DNA from: Candidatus Woesearchaeota archaeon
GTDB lineage: Archaea > Nanobdellota > Nanobdellia > Pacearchaeales > GW2011-AR1
DNA length: 64,000 nt
Assembly: GCA_964355745.1 (NCBI GenBank)
Contig: CAYHEN010000001.1
Span: 17-64,016, forward strand
Direction: 5' to 3'
Position numbers and translations under genes: made by a program. The notes beneath the pieces were generated by a model, which did not search any database, was not told the DNA's origin, and saw only the letters and a program-made list of their open reading frames with translations. This document shows, piece by piece, positions 28,555 to 38,278 of this stretch. Within the stretch, counting starts at the first letter, position 1; each line of letters starts with the position of its first letter.

Positions 28555-29325
28555 ATGATATATCTCACAGGAGATGTCCATTCCAGAATAAAAGAAAACT
28601 GGGAACAGAAAATATCTGGAAATGAATTAGATGCTGCAAAGAGATATTTAGAAATTTTGAAAAGAAATAAATTATCCTCAACCTTATTTATCAATGGGAA
28701 ATGCTTGGATGAAAGCCCTGAAAAAGTTAAAGAATTGTTAAAGTATGATGTTGAAATAGGGGGGCACACTTATGATAATTTTGGCAATTTTGGAATAATA
28801 AAAAGTTACATCAACAGAAAACTTTTTGGATGTGTTTATGGCTCAAAAAGATTCCAAAAAAAGGACATAAAAAAAACTAAGAAAGCATTTGAGAATTTTG
28901 GATTAGAAATGAAAAGCTGGAGAACACATGCATTTAACTCAAATAGAACAACATTCAGGATATTAAAGGAAAATAACATAAAGTATGTTTCTGATTTGAT
29001 TGGAGACATAAAACCTCACGGAGAGAAAATTATTCATGTCCCTATAAACATCCCTGTTGACGTTGTCACAATCGCCTATGGAGAAACAAAGCCAGAAAAC
29101 AGAAATCCTTTTGCTTCTTGCACTAAAGGAAGAATTAAAGCAGAAGAATGGTTTGAAATCATTAAAAAAAGAATTGTTGATAATGAGAAAAATAAGATAG
29201 ATAGTGTTCTCTTGATTCACCCAATAACAATGAAGGTATTAGATGATTTTGAATTATTTGAAAAAATAGCTAAATTCTTGTTTAAATATAAATCTGGAAA
29301 AATTGAAGAATTTAAACTTAATTAA
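28555..29325 (+). CDS. Divergent polysaccharide deacetylase-like (CE4/NodB-like) protein
   Basis: LTGDVHS (TFDDG-like), GGHTYDN, WRTHAF and IIHVPIN loosely fit NodB motifs 1, 2, 3 and 5. Weak. Confidence 0.4.
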   Translation: MIYLTGDVHSRIKENWEQKISGNELDAAKRYLEILKRNKLSSTLFINGKCLDESPEKVKELLKYDVEIGGHTYDNFGNFGIIKSYINRKLFGCVYGSKRFQKKDIKKTKKAFENFGLEMKSWRTHAFNSNRTTFRILKENNIKYVSDLIGDIKPHGEKIIHVPINIPVDVVTIAYGETKPENRNPFASCTKGRIKAEEWFEIIKKRIVDNEKNKIDSVLLIHPITMKVLDDFELFEKIAKFLFKYKSGKIEEFKLN

Positions 29326-30259
29326 TATCTTTAATCTCAACACTAGTATGCCCTAGTTCTTGATTTGAGTTTGATTTTGATTTTACATCACAAGGATTAC
29401 AATTTCCATATTTATCACAGGATTTAAAAATATCCTGTATTTCAAATTCCGGATTTAAAATATTCCCTACTGCATTTTCTTGATTATATAAATCTCTGTG
29501 ACATCTAAAAACATCCCCATTTGGGCCAATGATAAGTTCTGATGTTTTACACACACAGAATTTTGTTTTGTCTTGAAATAAAGAATCTGGATATTTTGTA
29601 TAATTTCCTCTTTTCATAACAAAGGAACTTCCAAAATCGTCTTTTCCCTCATATTTCCCTATAAAAGATTTTACTCTGAAGCTTAATCCATTATTTCTGC
29701 ATTCTATACCCATCTGTTCTATTGCTCTTCCCTGCTCGTCACTTGGGTAATTCACAACCTCTATTCCTGCATTAAAACCTGCATTTTTTAATCTTAAAAT
29801 ATTTTTCATAAGTTCTTTTCCATCTCCCATTTGTTCGGGGTGATAAGAAACCCGTATAGAGGGGTATTTAGGATTACCACTTATCCTTTTAGAATCAATT
29901 TCAGAAATAAACTTATCCAATAACCCCTGCGTCCAATAAAGATTTGTTAAAATATTAATTCCAAGTTCGGGTTTAATATTTTTTATAATATAAAGAAAAT
30001 CTGGGTGTATTGTAGGCTCCCCTCCGCTAAAAGTTAATGGAACATTCAGAGAGATTATCCTATTTAAACCTCTTATCCATTCTTCCCCAGAGATTTCTTT
30101 AGAAAGACGGGAAAAGTTTTTATCATTAGCATTGATACAATAACTGCAATTTAGAGTGCACCTAAAAGTGGGGAAAATTGCTATGTATTTATAGGTTTCA
30201 GGAATAATTATTGGTTTCATTTTAAGAAAACAACTATATAAGTTAAAAAGCTTTTCCAT
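29318..30259 (-). CDS. Radical SAM protein with C-terminal SPASM/twitch-like Cys cluster
   Basis: FPTFRCTLNCSYC (CxxxCxxC). C-terminal CVCKTSE...RCHRD...CDKYGNCNPC. Confidence 0.65.
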   Translation of the reverse strand: MEKLFNLYSCFLKMKPIIIPETYKYIAIFPTFRCTLNCSYCINANDKNFSRLSKEISGEEWIRGLNRIISLNVPLTFSGGEPTIHPDFLYIIKNIKPELGINILTNLYWTQGLLDKFISEIDSKRISGNPKYPSIRVSYHPEQMGDGKELMKNILRLKNAGFNAGIEVVNYPSDEQGRAIEQMGIECRNNGLSFRVKSFIGKYEGKDDFGSSFVMKRGNYTKYPDSLFQDKTKFCVCKTSELIIGPNGDVFRCHRDLYNQENAVGNILNPEFEIQDIFKSCDKYGNCNPCDVKSKSNSNQELGHTSVEIKDIN

Positions 30260-30352
30260 CTTTTAATATAATAAAAAATGGTTCTTTTTCCAGATTATAG
30301 CTTATACACTAATAATATGAATATTTAAAAACAGACATAATAGAAGTGATTT

Positions 30353-31411
30353 ATGTCAAAAGATTTAGAAAATCTATCAGATGAAGACAGAACCTTCTTA
30401 GATAAAGCAAGTCAATTTCTTTCCTTAGATAAATACGGAGATTTTTTATTAAGGTGGGCAAGAGCTATTGAAGCTTATGGAACCCCAAGAGATTTTGTGT
30501 ATTCAACATATTATGAACAGACTAATGTTAATCTTGATGGTAAACTATATCCAATGCAGTATTTTATTTCTGAAAATAATGCACAGAGAGGAGCATTAAT
30601 GAATAAACAAAAGGCAGAAGCTGAGGCAAGAAAAACAAGGGGTGAAAAACCAAGATGGCCAAATGATGGAAATATTGCTTGTTTTCTTTGTGATAATATT
30701 GGGCAGGCAATAAGTAGAAGTGATAATATTGTTTATGATTTGGGAATTCATCTCATATTACCAAACAAATATCCCTCTCAATTCGGTCACTCTCTTTTTG
30801 TTCCAAAAGAGCATGATGATGAAACAAAAAGAGTAACACCCCAACAAATTCCAGAAGAGAGAGCAACATTATATGCCCCTGAAGAGGGGAAAACTCGAGG
30901 AAATATTCTTACAAGAGATTATCTGGATGCTGTGATTGAGTCTTGTGATAAATATCATTTATTTGGTGTTAGAAATCATGTACTTGATGGAATGAGTATT
31001 CCGGGTCACGACCACTTCCACATTTTCCCTCAAGACTTGCCTATATCTTCATTAGTTAGCTATGTTACTAAAGCAAAAAGAAAAACAGAATTTGGTCCAA
31101 CAATTTATTTATTAGAAAATACTCCCTTTGATACATTACTTATTCAAAGAGAAAATAGAAGAGATGTAACTTCTGTTGCTATTTCCCTCCTTGAAAAAAT
31201 GGAAAGAGACAATCAAGTATTTACTCTTACTTATAATAGAGGACAACTTTTTGTTAGCCCAAGGAACAGAGAACAAGTAAATAATAAAAGAATCCAAATT
31301 GGAGCAGGAGTTCCAACTCATTTTTCTGATACAAAAGGGGAAGAATTTTTACAAAGATTAGATAAATTTGTTCCGAAAAGAGGAGAATATAGCTGGGAAA
31401 AATACATGTGA
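30353..31411 (+). CDS. HIT-superfamily / GalT-like nucleotidyltransferase-phosphorylase
   Basis: Histidine-triad motif GHDHFHIFPQ in the C-terminal half. Length and two-lobed layout resemble the GalT/Ap4A-phosphorylase branch. Confidence 0.45.
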   Translation: MSKDLENLSDEDRTFLDKASQFLSLDKYGDFLLRWARAIEAYGTPRDFVYSTYYEQTNVNLDGKLYPMQYFISENNAQRGALMNKQKAEAEARKTRGEKPRWPNDGNIACFLCDNIGQAISRSDNIVYDLGIHLILPNKYPSQFGHSLFVPKEHDDETKRVTPQQIPEERATLYAPEEGKTRGNILTRDYLDAVIESCDKYHLFGVRNHVLDGMSIPGHDHFHIFPQDLPISSLVSYVTKAKRKTEFGPTIYLLENTPFDTLLIQRENRRDVTSVAISLLEKMERDNQVFTLTYNRGQLFVSPRNREQVNNKRIQIGAGVPTHFSDTKGEEFLQRLDKFVPKRGEYSWEKYM

Positions 31412-31417
31412 AATAAA

Positions 31418-32095
31418 ATGCCTACATTAGATTATACACCAATAGATTATAATTCCTGGAATTTTGGTGGACAAGGAAAAAATATACTTGATTCATTAAA
31501 AAAATCTGAAAGAGATATCTGGGGCGCTGCACTTCCTTTTCAAGATAAGAGAGAGGATATTGGGCATGCGGAAACTGTAACTTATTTTGCATTAAAAATT
31601 TTAGAGTCTATACCTGCAGATAGGAGAATAGTTATCCCTGCTGCGATTTTACATGACACTGGATGGAGCCAGCTTTCTTCTGAAGAAATCGCAAAATTTT
31701 ATTTGCCTAACTGGAAAGAATTTGAGCCACAACTGAGGAGAAAACATCAAGAAGAGGGAGTTAAAACCGCAAGAGAAGTTTTGGGGGTGTTGTATAAAAA
31801 AGAACTAATTCCTTCAATACTAGAGATAATTTCTCAACATGATACAAGGCAGGGATTTCTTAATACAGAAGATGGTGTTGTGAGAGATGCTGACAAACTT
31901 TGGATATTCACTGCTCCTTGTTGTGAATTAGCAGTAAGAAAAGAGCGTAATTTTGGAAAGTCGATTTATAATCAACTCAATGAATGGTTAAGTAGTGAAA
32001 GTTTTTTTTATTCTCCAATTTCGAAGAGTATTGCAAGAAAAGAATTTGAAAATAGTTTAAGCTATCTTCATGAAAAAAATATTTCATTAGAGTAA
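31418..32095 (+). CDS. HD-domain phosphohydrolase
   Basis: H...HD motif: IGHAETV ... ILHDTGW ... DADKL. Confidence 0.6.
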   Translation: MPTLDYTPIDYNSWNFGGQGKNILDSLKKSERDIWGAALPFQDKREDIGHAETVTYFALKILESIPADRRIVIPAAILHDTGWSQLSSEEIAKFYLPNWKEFEPQLRRKHQEEGVKTAREVLGVLYKKELIPSILEIISQHDTRQGFLNTEDGVVRDADKLWIFTAPCCELAVRKERNFGKSIYNQLNEWLSSESFFYSPISKSIARKEFENSLSYLHEKNISLE

Positions 32096-32136
32096 AATTT
32101 GATTAAATTTTTAAATATTAACATGCTTTACAGGAT

Positions 32137-32646
32137 ATGATAAACATCAACCCAGAGAATTATAAATCTGATAATATATTATCAGAAGAAGAACTTATAA
32201 AAAAATTAGAAGAATTGAGAAGAAATGGAAAAAAGATTGGTTTGTGCTCGGGGAGTTTTGATTTGCTTCATCCAGGACATATTACACATTTAACCTCTGC
32301 AAAGAAGATGTGCGATATACTTGTCGTGGCTGTTGCCAGAGATCATTTTAATTCCAAAAAGAAAGGGAAGAACAGACCAGTTTATTCTCATAATATTCGT
32401 GCATTTATGATAAGTAAACTAAGACCTGTTGATTTTGTTATTTTAGATGATGGCACACTTGATACTCTCAATTTAGTAAAGCCAGATATTTACATAAAGG
32501 GAATAGATTACTCAAGTGAGAAAAATCCAGATATTGAACAACAAAAAGGGATAATTAATAATATTGGTGGAAAGATATGCTATACTAAAGATGAAAAGCT
32601 TTCAACTACAGATATAATAAAATATATAAAAGAAGAAGTGGAATAA
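32137..32646 (+). CDS. Cytidylyltransferase-like protein (TagD / RfaE-domain-II type)
   Basis: GLCSGSFDLLHPGHITHL is the (H/T)xGH nucleotidyltransferase signature. Small size is like glycerol-3-phosphate cytidylyltransferase. Confidence 0.65.
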   Translation: MININPENYKSDNILSEEELIKKLEELRRNGKKIGLCSGSFDLLHPGHITHLTSAKKMCDILVVAVARDHFNSKKKGKNRPVYSHNIRAFMISKLRPVDFVILDDGTLDTLNLVKPDIYIKGIDYSSEKNPDIEQQKGIINNIGGKICYTKDEKLSTTDIIKYIKEEVE

Positions 32647-32659
32647 AAAATTAAACAAT

Positions 32660-34303
32660 CTAAATAAAATTAATATGCATTGGAAACTTGCCTTCTGGTT
32701 GTTTATATTCTATTTCTCCTTTTTTCAGTTTGTCAAGAAATTCGTTAACTTTATGTTGCAGGCATAAAGTTCCACACATGGTTTTTGCATCGAACTTTTC
32801 AGAGGCAATAAGATTCATAACTTCCCAGTATTTATCACTCTGCCAAATTTCTTTAAATGATTTTTCGCATATATTGCCAATGTGATATTTTTTATATTTG
32901 TCATTAAATAACATACCACAGGGGGCAACTAAACCAGAGCCAGAAAGCTGAATTATAAATGGTGGCCCATAGCATTGAGAATAATCTCTTTTTCCCCCGC
33001 TTAAAATCTTTGACCATTTTGCTTTTACAGAGTATGTATCTGTGGAATAGGATTCTGCTTCTTTTATCATTTCTATTAAATCTTTCTCAAAATATTTATC
33101 ATATTTCACACCCAAATTTCCTTCTTCATCATCACTGCAGTGTTTTATCACGAGATAGTCCACACCAAGTTCTTTCCCTAACTTTGCTAATGGCAAGATT
33201 TGATCCTTAAATTCAGGCATTAATACCATCTGCATTCCTATTGTCACATTAAAATTATTTTGTTTTTTTATTTGCACAGCTTCTTTTATTATATCAATAA
33301 CTTCATAGAAATCTTCTTCTTTACAGCCCATTATCTCTGCGTATCTCCTTGGTTCTCCTGCAGAAAAGTTAAATCTCAAATAAGTAAGACATGGAAGAAT
33401 ATCCTTGAGTCTGTCTTTTCTTAATAGCCTACCGTTTGTTCCAAGAGCCATATCTAACCCTAAACTTTTACCATATATAATCGCATCATATAGATAAGCT
33501 GAACATGTACTTTCACCATCGCTCACAAAACTTATTGCTTTAACTCCTATCTCTGCTGCATCTTTTAGAAATCTCCTTATAACGTCTAAAGTCATTCTTT
33601 TCTCATCATTCTCCTGCAATTGCCCGTAACAGTAGACGCATTTATAATTACATCTTCTTGTTAGAGCGCAATCTATTGTTATAGGAGCAATTCTCTCTCC
33701 TCTCAACCAGGCTTCAATTCTTTCTTTATGCCATGCTAGTTTTGTCCCATCTAAAATAAGTTTTTCTTGGTTATCTTCAAACTCTTCGGAATACAAATCC
33801 TTCCTTTCTATTACCATTACTGGTTTCTCAAATTTTCTAGCTTCTTCATATGCCCTTTTTATTTCTTCAACATTATTTGCTTCATAAACTGGAAAATGCA
33901 CTATTCTTTTGAAGATTTCTGTAAAATCTTGCATATGCTGTAAACCAGGATAAAGTGGTTTTGTTGCTCCAACTATTGCTCTTATGATTATTGGAGCCTT
34001 AAATTGCCCTTTAGACATTACTTCCATTTTATCTAAATGGTTTACTAATGCATCTAAGGCTATAAGCATGAAATCATGCCTCTCATAAAATAAAACCGGT
34101 TTAAATCCTTCTAAAGCAAGTCCGATTGCTAAACCAGCCATTAAGTTTTCTGCAACAGGAGTTTCTACACATTTTGATACATCAATATCTTTCAATGTCC
34201 CATAAGATTTTGAGCCATGAATTAGATTATAACCCAAAAAAATAACTTTATCATCTTCTGCTAATATTTCCATTTCTCTTTTTATTGCATCTTGATATTT
34301 CAT
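32660..34303 (-). CDS. Fusion: TPP-enzyme pyrimidine-binding (Transket_pyr / E1-beta N-domain) + radical SAM + SPASM domain
   Basis: Residues ~1-175: VETPVAENLMAGLAIGLALEGFKPVLFY...IIRAIVG...PVYEANNVEEI, the E1-beta/transketolase PYR domain. Then LTRRCNYKCVYCYG (CxxxCxxC). C-terminal CYGPPF...APCGM...CGTLCLQH SPASM cluster. Confidence 0.65.
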   Translation of the reverse strand: MKYQDAIKREMEILAEDDKVIFLGYNLIHGSKSYGTLKDIDVSKCVETPVAENLMAGLAIGLALEGFKPVLFYERHDFMLIALDALVNHLDKMEVMSKGQFKAPIIIRAIVGATKPLYPGLQHMQDFTEIFKRIVHFPVYEANNVEEIKRAYEEARKFEKPVMVIERKDLYSEEFEDNQEKLILDGTKLAWHKERIEAWLRGERIAPITIDCALTRRCNYKCVYCYGQLQENDEKRMTLDVIRRFLKDAAEIGVKAISFVSDGESTCSAYLYDAIIYGKSLGLDMALGTNGRLLRKDRLKDILPCLTYLRFNFSAGEPRRYAEIMGCKEEDFYEVIDIIKEAVQIKKQNNFNVTIGMQMVLMPEFKDQILPLAKLGKELGVDYLVIKHCSDDEEGNLGVKYDKYFEKDLIEMIKEAESYSTDTYSVKAKWSKILSGGKRDYSQCYGPPFIIQLSGSGLVAPCGMLFNDKYKKYHIGNICEKSFKEIWQSDKYWEVMNLIASEKFDAKTMCGTLCLQHKVNEFLDKLKKGEIEYKQPEGKFPMHINFI

Positions 34304-34950
34304 CAGAAAGATAAGCCTCCTGCTTTTTTCCCACCAAAATCAACCCACTTATCGGTTCCAACATGAGGGTAGGTTGCATTGTATTTATATCTTCTAACAC
34401 ATTTTGGCCAAGACATTTCTGATTTTCCATATCTCTCTTTTTTTGGAGTATCAACAGAACGATTATTGTCTTCTATTATAAAAATACAGGGCAAGTTCCA
34501 GCCGTCAACATATCTTACTGCTTCATAAAAATGCCCTTCATCTTCTGCCCCATCTCCTATAAAACACCATACCCTATTGTTACTGTCCTTCTTCTTTAGA
34601 CCTAATGCAATGCCAGCAGCAATTGCGGGGCAGCCGGCAACAATAGATGAAGTAAAAAAATTCAATTTTTTGTCAAATACATGCATACTGTCTCCTCTTA
34701 GAATCATTTCTTTTAATTTTTCTTTTGAACCACCAGCAAGAAGATAGTGATAATGATTCCTATGAGTGGATAAGATATAATCTCCCGGCTGAATTTCCTT
34801 GAAGATTTCCATTAATTCATCTTCATTCCCCCCAGAAAAGTGGACTGGATATGGAATTTTGGCATCTTCCCATAATTTAATTATTTCGCTTTCAAAATCA
34901 ATTAACTCCTGTTTTGTTATTTTTATTTCCATTTTAAATAAAATTGTCAT
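34303..34950 (-). CDS. TPP-binding (PP-domain) subunit of a split E1-alpha/transketolase-like enzyme
   Basis: STHRNHYHYLLAGG ... WCFIGDGAEDEGHFYEAV ... IIEDNNRSV, the GDG(X)n-N TPP-binding motif of E1-alpha/transketolase N-terminal subunits. 1-nt overlap (TGATG) with the downstream Transket_pyr-rSAM gene. Confidence 0.65.
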   Translation of the reverse strand: MTILFKMEIKITKQELIDFESEIIKLWEDAKIPYPVHFSGGNEDELMEIFKEIQPGDYILSTHRNHYHYLLAGGSKEKLKEMILRGDSMHVFDKKLNFFTSSIVAGCPAIAAGIALGLKKKDSNNRVWCFIGDGAEDEGHFYEAVRYVDGWNLPCIFIIEDNNRSVDTPKKERYGKSEMSWPKCVRRYKYNATYPHVGTDKWVDFGGKKAGGLSF

Positions 34951-35986
34951 GGGGGTGCGGATTCTTTAATCTAAAAAGATAATTGTTTACAGGATCTAAT
35001 CTACATCCTTTTCTGCATACATCAATTCCTCTTTGTTTTATTTTTTCAATAATCTTTTTTCTCTGTTCACTTTCCCAAATTTCAGAAAAACTTTTTTCAT
35101 TTAGATTTCCATAGGTAAATTCAGGAGTGTTATAAAACAAGTTGCAGGGAATAACATTTCCTCTTGCATCTATTAATGCAAAAAAGGGCAGCCCATAACA
35201 TTCCCTGTAATCTCTTCCTTCTTCTATCCTTTTCATTGTCTGTTTCCTGAACTGCACCTGAAATTTTTCATCTTCTAATTTTTTTAACTCTTCCTCAATC
35301 CATTCTAGCTTTGAGTAATCCACTGAATAATTATTCTTACTTGAGGGATGATGAGAATAAGGCTTAATCTGTATGTTATCTGCTCCTGTCTCTTTTACCA
35401 ATTTAACTGCTCTTACTGCTTCATTAATATTTTCCGAAATCAATAGAAACTGAACCCCTATGGTTGTTTTCAATCCTTTTTCATTTCGTATTTTTACTGC
35501 TTCTTTTATATTGCTTATTACTTTGTCAAAATCTTCTTTTCTTGTTCCGTGAATTTTGGAATAACTTTCTCCTATTCCTGCATCAAGGCTAAATCTAATC
35601 CAAGATAAATGATGGAGACATCTTTCAGCCTTTTCTTTATCAAATAAGACTCCATTTGTAGTTATCGAAATATCCAAGCCATATTCTTTTGCTTTTTCTA
35701 TAAATTCACATATGTCCTTATGCAAAAGAGATTCACCCTCACCAGCAAACATAATTGATTTAACCCCATGATCCGCCATATCTTTTAATGCTGAAAGCAT
35801 AATTTCTCTGTTTATATCAGCACCGCCATGTTCTAACCAATCAAGTGCGCAAAAGATGCATCTGTGATTACACTTATTAGTAGTCCCTATTTCAACATAA
35901 ATAGGATAACAATCTCCCGCCTCATTCCATTCAAAAACTCTTTGGGGGTGAAAAGCGAGTTTGTGGCTGTCTGTCTCTATTTTCAT
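34934..35986 (-). CDS. Radical SAM / SPASM domain protein
   Basis: GTTNKCNHRCIFC. C-terminal CYGLPFFALIDARGNVIPCN...CRKGCR SPASM cluster. Confidence 0.7.
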   Translation of the reverse strand: MKIETDSHKLAFHPQRVFEWNEAGDCYPIYVEIGTTNKCNHRCIFCALDWLEHGGADINREIMLSALKDMADHGVKSIMFAGEGESLLHKDICEFIEKAKEYGLDISITTNGVLFDKEKAERCLHHLSWIRFSLDAGIGESYSKIHGTRKEDFDKVISNIKEAVKIRNEKGLKTTIGVQFLLISENINEAVRAVKLVKETGADNIQIKPYSHHPSSKNNYSVDYSKLEWIEEELKKLEDEKFQVQFRKQTMKRIEEGRDYRECYGLPFFALIDARGNVIPCNLFYNTPEFTYGNLNEKSFSEIWESEQRKKIIEKIKQRGIDVCRKGCRLDPVNNYLFRLKNPHPHDNFI

Positions 35987-36002
35987 TCTTTATACTTTTA
36001 AT

Positions 36003-37253
36003 TTAGTTGCTCTTAAATTCTTCTATGATATTATTAACATATTCAATTATTTCCTTTCTTCTTCTTTCCCCATAGGGATATGGAATTTCAAAATAAGGTG
36101 TAGGATTTTTCATATATTCCGCCCAATAATCTTTTTTGTAGAAGCCTTCCTTCAATAAACTTTGATAATAATCTGTATTTGGCTCTGGAAAAAGAATATT
36201 AAAATAAGGATATTTTATTCCAAGCTTCCTAATCATTTCAGGAAGTTCTGCAAGATACTTTTCATCATCTGTTGGTGCTCCTAATATAAAGTAGCCTAAG
36301 ATATCAATATTATTTTTATTCATTACTTCACAAAAACTTTTTATTTCTGCTAAAGAATTATTCTTTCTAAAAAATTCCAATGTTTTTTCATTAAGCGATT
36401 CTATCCCGACATGTATTCTTTTAAAATTATGCGCTGCAAGTTTTGGAGCTAAATCAAAGTCCATTCTTACCTGCCCCCTGCCGCTTAATTCAACAGAAAA
36501 ATTTTGCCGGTCCATCTCATCTAATATTTCTTGAACGTGATTCTTATTGATATTAAAATTGTCGTCTAAGATATGAACACTTCTGCAACCAACAGAATAA
36601 AGATGTTTCATCTCCTCAACTATTGTTTTCGGATTTTTGAACTGGACTTTTTTTGTTTGAACATTGCAGAAATTACAGTTATTCGGACACCCGATACTGG
36701 AGAACATAGGCAGTCTATTCGGAGCTTTGAATAAAACAGAAATTTTAGGAAAATAGTCTTCGATATTTATTAAAGTTCTATCTGGGAATTTTATATCATT
36801 TATTTGTGTATTGCATTGGATTACACCTTTAGGCAGTTCTTTTACAGCTTTAGCAAACTCCAGCTCTGCTAAAGGTCCGATAAAAACAGCATCAGCTCCT
36901 TTTTGGAGTACCTTTTCAGAATAATACAACGTATGCGGTCCTCCAACCACCTTATATGGGGCAGAAGTTCTTCTTAAAATTTCAGTCATTGCATAAACTC
37001 TTCTAGTAACAACAGAAAGTCCGAGTATGTCTGGTTTTTCAGACTCTATTTTTTCTATAGTTTGGTCAATTGTCCATCCTTCACTCGAAGGATCTAAAAT
37101 AACTATCTCATAGTCATCTGATAAATTTGTAGCCAAAGAAAGAATTCCTAAAGGAACATTTTTATTGCCTTTTGGCATAAAAAATTTGGGGGTTGTCCAA
37201 TCTACAAACTCTCCCTCTGCAGGCATTGTAGTTAATAAAATCTTTTTGGACAT
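36003..37253 (-). CDS. B12-binding-domain radical SAM protein
   Basis: N-domain PDILGLSVVT...VVGGPHTL, then SSIGCPNNCNFCNV. Confidence 0.8.
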   Translation of the reverse strand: MSKKILLTTMPAEGEFVDWTTPKFFMPKGNKNVPLGILSLATNLSDDYEIVILDPSSEGWTIDQTIEKIESEKPDILGLSVVTRRVYAMTEILRRTSAPYKVVGGPHTLYYSEKVLQKGADAVFIGPLAELEFAKAVKELPKGVIQCNTQINDIKFPDRTLINIEDYFPKISVLFKAPNRLPMFSSIGCPNNCNFCNVQTKKVQFKNPKTIVEEMKHLYSVGCRSVHILDDNFNINKNHVQEILDEMDRQNFSVELSGRGQVRMDFDLAPKLAAHNFKRIHVGIESLNEKTLEFFRKNNSLAEIKSFCEVMNKNNIDILGYFILGAPTDDEKYLAELPEMIRKLGIKYPYFNILFPEPNTDYYQSLLKEGFYKKDYWAEYMKNPTPYFEIPYPYGERRRKEIIEYVNNIIEEFKSN

Positions 37254-37255
37254 TT

Positions 37256-38203
37256 TTAATAAAAATTTTGAATTTTTTTAATTTCCTCCAAAATTTTTTC
37301 TGTATTAATATCTAAAATGCATGGTTTTTCTTTTTTGCATTCTGGTTTAAAACAAGGCATGCATTCTGGAACTGGGTCGGGTAGAATTGCTTTCCCTTGT
37401 CCATAAAAATATACTTCTTTATGAGGAGTTGGCCCAAATAAAGCAAGAATTTTTTTATTTAATGCTATTGCCAAATGCATACCTAAACTATCATTACTGA
37501 TAACTAATTTCCCTGAGTTTATCCAATCCATATAATCATGCAGATTTGTTAATATTTCATTTGGTTGTTTATCCTGTCTGCTCACTTTTAATCCTTCTTC
37601 AATTAGCTTTTCTTCAATTCTGTTCCACCTCTCAGCAGACCAAGCTTTATTCGGCCATTTCTGGCCCGCAAGAGTATTTAAACAAACATCATACTGTTCC
37701 ATTGTTCTAGGTTTATATCCTAAAACATATTTTTCCCCATTCCATTTCTTTCCAACCATCTCAAACAGAAGTTCTTGGGCTGTCTTTTCATTTTTTTGTT
37801 TCAAAATAGAATCAGAGCTTACAGCCAAAACTTCAAAAGCTCTATCATGTGCTTCTGCTTCTCCAGTGAAGGTATTAAACCGAAATCCAAATTTTTTCCA
37901 TGCTTTTATCTTGTCAGCTAATGCGCAAATCCCAGGAACTTTTTCTAAGTTTATTACACTATCGAACTCTTCTGATTCTAGTTGCAAAATTGTATTTACA
38001 TCGTAAGGCAATAATCTTTTTATAAAAGGATTATTTTCCAACAAAGGATAAGCGGATTCATCAGTTACCCATGTTACATTATCTTCTTTATATAAATGTA
38101 AAAGGGGTGTTGTCCTTAGTACATCTCCAAAACTAACTTTTCTAGAATGATTTCTCTCGAGAAATTCAGAATATCCTGCTTTTATTATTAAAACCTTTTC
38201 CAT
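37256..38203 (-). CDS. GT9 family heptosyltransferase
   Basis: MEKVLIIKAGYSE...FGDVLRTTPLLHLYKE (GT9 N-terminal signature) and GPTPHKE near the C-terminus. Confidence 0.7.
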   Translation of the reverse strand: MEKVLIIKAGYSEFLERNHSRKVSFGDVLRTTPLLHLYKEDNVTWVTDESAYPLLENNPFIKRLLPYDVNTILQLESEEFDSVINLEKVPGICALADKIKAWKKFGFRFNTFTGEAEAHDRAFEVLAVSSDSILKQKNEKTAQELLFEMVGKKWNGEKYVLGYKPRTMEQYDVCLNTLAGQKWPNKAWSAERWNRIEEKLIEEGLKVSRQDKQPNEILTNLHDYMDWINSGKLVISNDSLGMHLAIALNKKILALFGPTPHKEVYFYGQGKAILPDPVPECMPCFKPECKKEKPCILDINTEKILEEIKKIQNFY

Positions 38204-38278
38204 TTTACTTTCTTTTTATTTAAGATTATAAAGAAGGATAATGATTTATAAATCTTATTATACTTTAGTTAGATTTTC

